A stretch of DNA of 64,000 nt from Octopus vulgaris (lineage: Eukaryota). Position 1 is the stretch's first letter; the number at the start of each line of letters is the position of its first letter. Location: NCBI GenBank assembly GCA_951406725.2, contig OX597823.1, positions 55,676,001 through 55,740,000 on the forward strand. Direction: 5' to 3'. The notes beneath the pieces were generated by a model that was not told the DNA's origin, searched no databases, and was given only the letters and a program-made list of their open reading frames with translations. Both the position numbers and the translations under genes were made by a program. Below are positions 54,745-64,000 of the stretch, one piece after another.

Positions 54745-54945
54745 GACGGTGACTATGATGCGGCACTTCCCTGAAAGGGCTTGCAATCGAACAAATCAAT
54801 ACTAGTACGTTTTGCTTTAGTTTCGTTTGTTTTCAAGATTGGAATGTCTTCTATCGGTCTTCTTTTCTCAAATTGCTAAGTTACAGAGACGTAAACAAAC
54901 CAACACCAATGGTCAAGGAGTGACAGACAGGTAACAAACAGACAT
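54745..54945 (-). mobile_element. SINE family A, 3' half, diverged
   Basis: ttctatcggtcttc...gctaagttacagagacgtaaacaaaccaacacc. Confidence 0.65.
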
Positions 54946-54947
54946 AC

Positions 54948-55026
<79 letters not shown>

Positions 55027-55029
55027 CGA

Positions 55030-55243
55030 TACTTCTGTGGCTGAGTGATAATATTTATCTCCACTTAAACGTGAATGCTTTGTTAGAATAAACTGAACTG
55101 CGGTAGATACCACGAAACAAACCCTTATAGTCGCTTTTGGTGCAAAATGCACTCTTGTTATTTTTTTTCATCGCTCTTTATTCTAACAGTACATCCGTAT
55201 TTGAGACAAGTATTACTTTTCGGTATTAATATTGCCTCTGTCG

Positions 55244-55250
<7 letters not shown>
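55030..55250. repeat. Head-to-head fragments of the 32755-33350 repeat family
   Basis: 55030-55158 is the minus-strand copy (ttttggtgcaaaatgcactcttgt); 55175-55250 is the plus-strand copy (ttctaacagtacatcc...gctaatatat). Confidence 0.7.
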
Positions 55251-55286
<36 letters not shown>

Positions 55287-55527
55287 TGTGAAGCATGACT
55301 GTCACCACTACTACATGAACCCGAAGATCGCAGAATTTAATGCATGAAAGTACTAGTTCAATCAGAATGAGCATTTAACATTCTACTATTTGATTTGATT
55401 TTATTCTATTATAATATATTATCTTATAATATATCATTATAAGATTGTAAATAAAACGTGAAAATCAGACAAGGTTGGAATTCCTTTTATTAATATATTC
55501 TTCTATACACAATCACGCACACCCATA

Positions 55528-55589
<62 letters not shown>

Positions 55590-58500
55590 CTAAGTGTGAT
55601 TGTCTTTTTTTTTTAGGCTATAAAGATAGTATTTCAATAGCAATCCCCGTAAGTTTATTCTGGACAAAGCAACGCCATTAATAAAATAAAGTATTGGGCA
55701 GTTATTACAGATATAGTAATAAGAACAAATATATTTCCCTTTACGATGATGGTACGAGGTCCAGCTGCAAAGATGTTTGATATACAATCAGATTGTTAGG
55801 TATTTTAGTCTATTTCTTGACCAAAGCACTTCAATTTCATTTCATATAGTTCCAGTTCATTCAGTTTGAAATGAGTTGCGTTTCTTGCAGACTGGAGTCT
55901 TGCACAAAATTATTCCAAAATCTTGCAAATAACAAGATGTCAACAACCTTCGATAAGTTCGACAAATTGGATAGTGCTAATATAATTGTGTGTGTGTGTG
56001 TGTGTGTGTGTTTGTTTATGTCTGTGTGTATGTATGTGTAGACATGCGTATATGAATATTCATACAAACACACAGATATAAATATATATATGTGCGTTAA
56101 GTGTATACGTGCGATTCCTCATACACTGATATATAGGCGTATATAAGTGTATATATATATATATATATATACATACACACACACACACATATATATATAT
56201 TGAATCCCAATGGTGTAAGCAACATTTTATTCCACGTATTGATTTTAATTAATCATATCAATGATGATTTGGCAAGCTAATTTAAAACTATATATATATA
56301 TATATATATATGTATATGTGAATGTATGTATGTATATATACACACATACACATACATACATACATACATACGTACACACACATATATGTATGTATATATT
56401 ATTTGTGTGTGTGTTTAATTTAACCTACTTTTGAATTGTCAATATTAGAAGTTAACCAGATTCAAATTATGCATACAAGAGGAAGATGGTGGGAGCGAAC
56501 TGAGGTATATCATAATGTGAGAGAGGAAGTATCATAATCATGCATTGCAGATAAGTATGGTTGTGTGTTTATATACACACACACAAATGTGATGGTATGT
56601 GTATATATGAGTTAGTGTATGGAGTCATGTATAACTGCATATTCTAACATGCACTTATGTACATAAGTGCTTACATACATGAAAGAAGGGATATGCTTAT
56701 GATTTAAGTAGTTATGTGCGTGCAATATGATGAGGTTAGATAGGTTGTATGGCATAGATGTGTATTTCTGTTATTGATTTCTCTAATAACAAGTAGGCGA
56801 TATGCACTTGTGTATCGTTTATATATGTCTGTATATTAATATATACCTGCGTGTGTGAGTGTATATGTGTGCTTGTATATTTGTTTATCTATGTTTGTGT
56901 GTGTATGTATGTGTGTGTGTGTTTATGCAGAGGTAGGTGAACATGGTGAAACAACGAAATGAGACAGAGAGAGATATGACCCACAAGTGAAACTCTGTTT
57001 TCATGACAAATGAAAAATAAAAACAAAGAAAGAGAAATAGAACGCTATGAATATCGTAGAGAAATATATGTTTTAAAAGGTAAATAAAAGTAAAATAATA
57101 TATATATATAAGGACAAGATCATTAATTAAGTACCAAGTGGCCAGCATGGGAATAAAAACCTTCAAAGTTAATAATTATTATTAAAATTATAATTTAGAG
57201 TATCTAAGAGATACCACCACGCTTTAAATAGCAGCCAAAACTTGACTCTAAAACTACATACACACATATATATATAGATATATATAAAAATATAAACAAA
57301 ACATATTCATAAGAATGAAATGTCGTTAGTGGTTGTCTGTTCTCTCTCATAAAGTACTTGAACGTAAATCGTAAGTTACGTTTACAACTTACAATTAGTT
57401 CGTTACGCTTATTAAAAGATTTTTTTTTTCCTGTTGCCGAAAAGGGTCACGCAGAGGCAAAGGTTGTAAAATCTATCATTACAGCAACAGGGTTGGCCAG
57501 TATAGACAATTTATTTTTATAGCTAATGTTTGAGGAGAAATTTGTATCAAATTATTTTATTTATATTTTTATAAATTTACTTTTATGAAACCACACACAC
57601 ACAGGCACACACAAATATGTATGCATGTATGTATGTATGTATGTATATATATTTTTATAAATTTACATCTATTTATGTATGTATGTATATGTACTACTCA
57701 CAAACTCACTCATGCGCGCGCGCACACACACACAAGCTCACATAGAAGCGAAAGACTGCAGATGGAAGCCTCCGTTAGCGAGTAATAATTCAGTTTTTAC
57801 TGCTCTACTCGAGTGAAGCACGCAGTCCCAGGGGATAAACGCTCATAACGTTCAGAAATTTGCTGTAAACACAGGATTGCCAACAATGCAAATATGACTG
57901 CTTTTGCCACAATCGAGAGAAAGCGTTGCATCATCTTTATGCACCTTCTGCCGTTTCTTGTGAAGAAAAGAATCTCTGATGTCTCTTTCACCCATTATAC
58001 ACTCATAAACATACAAACATTCAGCCATACGTATGTACGTACACACACATGTATAAGTATATGTATGTGTGAGTATGTATGTATATCTGTGTTTATGTGT
58101 CTATCTGTGTGTGTGTGAATGTGTGTCCCCTGGTCGACTGTTTCGTGGTTTGTTGACCACTCGTCCACATGATGCTCCTGGCTTATTTTCTCAAACAATA
58201 GCATCGGTCTGTTGCTATGTTAAGCAGTTACGAATTAAGCAAGCACCGTTGTGGTCAGTCTAGTTCTTCTGATCTACTATTTTGCATAAAATGGTTTACT
58301 TAATGAGGATACATCAAAAGCAAAAACATGGAAATTAAGCTCTCCACCACGGTGCTGGCCCAATTCATAACTTCTTTATATTGCAGCTGACTTATGCTAA
58401 TAATTGGAGAAAGAAACCGAGTACTTTATCTCTGAAGAACAGTCAACACTGTTAAACTGTCCGTCGGGAGACTGCCACCCACTATTTTCTGCATATCAAT

Positions 58501-58917
58501 TGTTTAGAAAGAATGTGTTTATATTTCTATTTAACTCACAGGGAGGCTTTGTAATGCTTAAATTTTTCCAGTTCCCTGAATTATACTAAATTGTACATAA
58601 CATATGCACAACTGTGAGTGTGTATGTATATGTGTGCGTGCGTGCGTGCGTGTGCGCGCGCGTGTGTGTATGCTTCTATACATACATATTTAGATTAATG
58701 TTTCCGCGTACACAGGTTTGTGTGAGTGTGTATGTGTGTGTGCGTGAATTCGTGTTTAGAGGATACGATAACTGTATATGTAAGAGTGTAAACTTTTAAA
58801 AAATATATATTGCTAAATGTGTGATTTTGAAATGAACCAAACAAAGGAATGTAGGGAAGAGAAGGTGTGAGAGAGGGAGAGAGAGAGAAATATAGTGATG
58901 GAGAGAGAATGTCAGTC

Positions 58918-58973
<56 letters not shown>

Positions 58974-59190
58974 AAAGACAGTAGTGTGTGAGTACGGGGC
59001 GGGAAGTGAATGAGAGCAAAAACGAAAACCTTGCCGAAGGATGTGTCATCTAATCCGGAAATATTGTAAAGATTTTATAATCTGTTTCAGTTTAATTCAT
59101 ATTATAATCTGCGCCTTTCTTTCTTTCCTTTTTTTTTATCACTCTTCTTCCTTCCTACATTTCTCTCCTTTCTTTTTCAATTTCTTCTAC

Positions 59191-59222
<32 letters not shown>

Positions 59223-59419
59223 ATCACATTCTTCTATTCCAGCTCTTCTTTCTTTTAATCTATATTTTTCGATCATTCTTTCACCATGAGTTTGTTATCG
59301 ATTTTTGGTGGGTTCTTTTTCTCTCCTCTCTACATGCTGTTGTTGTTGTTGTTGTTGCTGCTATTCTTATTCTTATTTCGTCGTCGTCATCATCATCATC
59401 ATCATCACCATCATCATAC

Positions 59420-59610
59420 CATCATCATCATCACTAGTATATTGTATTTTTGTGTCTTTTATTATTATCGTTTTTATTCTCTCCTTTCCTGACAACTATA
59501 AGCTTTACAGTCGTCGTTATCATCATCATCATCATCACTAGTATATTGTATTTTTGTGTCTTTTATAATTAACGTTTTTATTTTTTCCTTTCTTCACAAC
59601 TATAATCATC
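59420..59610. repeat. Local tandem duplication of about 105 bp between (CAT)n tracts
   Basis: catcactagtatattgtatttttgtgtcttttat...cgtttttatt...acaactataa occurs twice. Confidence 0.85.
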
Positions 59611-60266
59611 ACAGCCGTCGTCGTCATAATCATCATCATCATCGTGGTCGTCGTCGTCATCGTCGTCGTCATCATCTCCAACATCGTCATCATTGTCAAC
59701 AGCATCATTATCAATACCACCATCCTTAACATGAGCATTATCATCAATAACAGCAACAGCAATATTGCCTCTGTGATAAACCACCATTCGTCATGTGTGT
59801 AGGTTTATCAAGATTGATTAGATAGATGTCATTTGAATGAGTCGCCGGTATCTCTTAATATTTTAGCGGATTATAAAAGCCAGGAGTGTGTGAAGTCCCA
59901 AGTGAGCGACATAAAGAAAGATATTGAGAGAGTGAATGCAGAAAGGCGAAAGAGAAGTGAGAGGGAGAGGGAGAGAAATCACCATCTGCATCATCGTCAT
60001 CATAATTATCATTGTCGTCATCCTCGTGATGATCTCATCGCCATCATCACCGTCGTCGTTGTCATCGTTTTTAAGGTTATAAATTTGGGCACGCTGGGAT
60101 GGATCTTTATTTCATTGAGGCAAATTCAACGTCGGTAGCATTTGAACACCGAGCGCAAAAAGAAAATCCAGTAAATGCCATGTGCTGTTTTTCATATAGT
60201 CTAATGATTCTGCATATTCACCGCCTGAATGTATGTATGCATGTATGCATTCGTGTATGTATGCAT

Positions 60267-60491
60267 GCAATGACCTAGTGGTTAGGGCAGCGGACTCGCG
60301 GTTGTAGGATTGCGGTTTCGATTCCTATACCAGGCGTTGTGAGTGTTTATTGAGCGAAAACACCTAAAGCTCCACGAGGTTCCCGCAGGGGTGGTGGCAA
60401 ACCTTTGCTGTACTCTTTATTCCACGAGCAGGCTGTTTCGTTGATCGGAATAACTGGAACCTTCGATGTGGTGACCGACGGAGTGCCACGA
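60267..60491 (+). mobile_element. Family C SINE
   Basis: tagtggttagggcagcggactcgcgg...ttcgattcc...ttattgagcgaaaacacctaaagctccacgagg. Confidence 0.88.
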
Positions 60492-60789
60492 TGTATGTAT
60501 GTATGTATGTATGTATCTATGTATGTATGTATGTATGTATGCATATATGTGTGTACGTTGTGCATATATGTATGCATGCCTATATATACGTAAGTATGTA
60601 TGGTGCATGTATGTACGTATGTATGCATGTGTGTCATGTAGTATGTATGTATGTATGCATGCATGCAGGTATGCATATATGTTTTGAGGAGTGAATTTTG
60701 TGAAGCCCGATTCCCCAAGACTGGTGCGGAAGCATTTAGTTATATATTTAGGTGTAACTATAGGTATAAGGAATATAAATTTAAATTAC

Positions 60790-61120
60790 GAAACCGCTAA
60801 GTTACAGGAACGTAAAGAAGCCAACGTAGGTTGTCAAGTGGTAGAGTAGGATACAAACACAAACACCATCACAGACACACACAAACACTCACACACATAT
60901 ATATACACACACATGCATACACTTACATACACAGACATACGCATACATGCACATATATACGATGGGCTTACTCCGTTTCCATCAGCCATACCCTCACAAA
61001 GCATAGGTCATCCTGAGACTATATCATAAGAGACTTGCTCAAGGAGCAGTACAGTGGAACCGAACTTGAAACCATCTGGTTGCTAAATGAACTCCTTAAG
61101 CTCACAGTTACGCCTGCGCC
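60790..61120 (-). mobile_element. SINE family A, diverged
   Basis: gaaaccgctaagttacagg...ttgtcaagtg, CA tract, acgatgggctt...aagacttgctcaagg. Confidence 0.75.
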
Positions 61121-61419
61121 TATAAAAGGATTCTTTGTTTCTCTTTGAAGAATTTCTCTCCGAATACCTTTAAATTGACTATAATCCTTCCTCAGCCAGC
61201 TCATAGTAAACATATTGTCACTGCAGATACAAACATTGACGCGTTGGTGTAAAAGGCATGCATTACTGCGAGGGAACGTAGTAGAGCAAGGAATCTGATC
61301 TGATCTGTTGTAATACGATCGTTTCCTCGTTGTTATATGCATGCCCGTTTCAGAAGGATGTTTGCATAGAGTTGTTTGGACAATATTTAGACTTTGGGGA
61401 ATAAAATTACATCACTTAC

Positions 61420-61700
61420 CTTTCGAAATAAAACTACACTCATTAATTCTCTTCTTACGCTCAACAAATGCCGCTTGCTGACGTAACTGCTTTGTAGGAC
61501 ATTAATTCTGTTCTGAATGAATTTAGACTCCCAATGTAGTTTCATTCTTGTTCGTGTAGCCAACAGAGAGATGTATTTTTGCCATTTTATAGCAATTAAA
61601 TAGATCATTATTGACTTCATATGCCTAGAAATACGCTTTATCGTTTCGGTTTCTTCTATAGCGACAAATGAAATGGCTCTGTTTAACTTTACCGTTTTTG
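61420..61700 (-). pseudogene. Probable N-terminal remnant of an R4/Dong-type non-LTR retrotransposon
   Basis: Across a stop and frameshifts: *AYEVNNDLFNCYKMAK...VGYT / RMKLHWE / TKQLRQQAAFVERKK, resembling the W..E.N..L..CY...GY..RM...W...Q.L..Q pattern. Confidence 0.5.
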
Positions 61701-62010
61701 TTTAGCTTCGGTGCTTTTTCTAATGATGTTGATGTCATCGGATCCGGCCATGTTGCATGCTGCAAATCGCTACATGATGAATTCAAGTTTGAGACGGACA
61801 TCACTACGATCTTGAATAAAATATGGCTTTTTTGTGGTGTGTGGATGGCGAGGTTACTGAACGTGATAAAATGAATAAGCAATTATCTAAGAAGATTGAT
61901 AGTTGTAGCACTAATTTTGCTCACAAATTCAATGAATAGTCTCAAATAGAAGAATATGCGACTGATCGCGCTCAATATCTAAGTATGTAACCATGTGCAT
62001 ACGTTCTTGT

Positions 62011-62330
62011 GAAGGCGCATGGTGATTAGAGTGTCGAGCTTACGATCGTGAGGTTGTGAGTTCGATTCCAGGACCGGGCTGCGTGTTGTATTCTTGAGCA
62101 AGACACTTTATTTCACGTTGCTCCAGTTCACTCAGCTGTGTTGCGGCGTCACAGGTGCCAAACTGTATCGACCTTTGCCTTTCCCTTGGATAACATTGAT
62201 GGCATGGAGAGGGGAGACTGGTGTGCATGGGTGACTGTTGGTCTTCCATAAACAACATTGCCCGGACTTGTGCCTAGGAGGGTAACTTTCTAGGTACAAT
62301 CCCATGGTCATTCATGACCGAAGGGGTCAC
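62011..62330 (+). mobile_element. Family C SINE, near full length
   Basis: tRNA-like head with gttcgattcc; reverse complement of 5468-5792. Confidence 0.88.
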
Positions 62331-62749
62331 AATGTATGTATGTATGTATGTATGTATTTGTGTGTGTGTGTATGTATATGTTTGTGTGTATGTGGGGAGT
62401 TTTGGACGTGTGGGTGGCGTCTTAGATAGAGGTGTGTGGGTGTATATGTGTGTGTTTGCATTTTTAAATCTATCGCAGATGTCGACCAAGAATACCAACA
62501 TTGGTGAAGAACATCAACATTGACCAGAAAACTGAGAAACCAGTATTTTTACAAACGAATTCTTTTGAGATATGTGTGCTGCCATCGAGATACAAAGACA
62601 GTGACAGGTGCACCTAAAATCTGCAGCTACCGACGCTTTTATTCACCAGTTCCCACTTCCAATATTAAATCAAAAATGAAGTCCAGAAATCGAAATAATC
62701 TCCTAGGGAATACACTAAGGTGTCACAGCAGCAGGAGCTGTAGTAGTAA

Positions 62750-62816
<67 letters not shown>

Positions 62817-64000
62817 CAGTGATGCTTATAGATTGCTACACCCGGAATGTTGAAAAAGTTTGAAAACTTGAGATCACTGATACAAATAGCAGACAGAACC
62901 TCCCTTTAAAACGCAGGAACAAAAGTCAAGGAAAAGCACTTCAGTGTTATCAGCCAATCGCTGCAAATTGAAAAGATCTCGTCTTTAAAGCCACCCAGTG
63001 AATACAACGGACATTTAACATATTAGTTCGCCTCAGCGAGGCATTTTCCGCTTGGTTGGCAAGATTTGGAATTGATCAGCATATATATGTGAGAAGGAAT
63101 ATTGTGAAGCTGATTCTCATCTCAAAAGACTGAATCATATCTGTTCCAGAGTCTTCCATAAGTCGGCTTTGAAGACAAGATCTTCAAACGATGGTATTGT
63201 CTTTATTTCCCAGAAATTTTGATTGATTGAAATTGTGGGAATTTTCTCCATCGGTTGTTATTTTTAAATGTTAAGCGCTCTTAAATGAAATTTTTATTTT
63301 GTTAGTTGCAGAAATAATCCGAATCCATTTTTAACTCACTATATTATATATATATGTGACCTTACAGATTATGTATGTACATATTATGCAGAATATCCCT
63401 CTGGACTACGTATTTTCCGCTACATTGTAGATAGTCACTGAGGATTTCAGCCTACCTACTGTAATAAATATTTTAGCCCCCTTTTTATCAAGTATTACAA
63501 CCCATTTATATCTATGTGTACGCATGTATACATTTATGTGCGTTTGTATGTATGTATGGTTTTTATGCTTGTTAACTTAAACCACATGCCAATATAGTAT
63601 ATTTCAAGATACTAGTCCGGGTTTTACAAGGTGACATTCTTGCACCATTCTTATTTATAGATAAAGGAGATATAATGTGAGAACAGCTATCGAAGAATAT
63701 AAAACTTTGGGATACACTCTAAAGCCAAAAGTTAGTCGAAGATATTCAATCATGACTATCACGGATACAGACCATGTAGGTAATATAGTGAATATCTATT
63801 AGAAGCGACTAGACTATGTCATAGGTACGAATGTCTTGCTAAGGATGCATCAACCAAACAAATACTGAATCCATATTTTAAGACTAAAAAAAACTGAAGA
63901 AATTCAATGAAAAAGTTTTACCTGCACCGTCTAGTAGAAGATCATAAGAAAGTTATAGAAATAAGAAATGGCTTGGATAGCAATAGAAATAGAAAAATGG

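Noticed and set aside
62470-62730. Possible R4-type restriction-like endonuclease 3' end before (AGT)n
   Set aside because: Too decayed to recover the diagnostic PD..D motif with confidence.

Overview
AT-rich, repeat-saturated animal DNA, intergenic or intronic. The SINE families and the density of (TA)n, (CA)n, (TACA)n and (GATA)n microsatellites look like an Octopus (coleoid cephalopod) genome; this is inferred from recognised repeats, not from a search. I found no intact host protein-coding gene, and nearly all supplied ORFs are microsatellite read-throughs. The window holds three abundant tRNA-derived SINE families, decayed Tc1/mariner elements with related MITEs, piggyBac- and hAT-type MITEs, and RTE, CR1/L2-like and R4-like LINE fragments. 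It also holds at least four fragments of Penelope-like retroelements (PLEs), several readable only in frames the ORF track missed. The most notable structure is a cluster of non-coding foldback (long inverted repeat) elements at about 4.9-7.3 kb whose arms carry minimal type-I hammerhead ribozyme motifs (CUGAUGA...GAAAC-NNNN-GUH with a palindromic loop), plus degenerate relatives elsewhere. Coordinates were counted by eye and are approximate for decayed elements.
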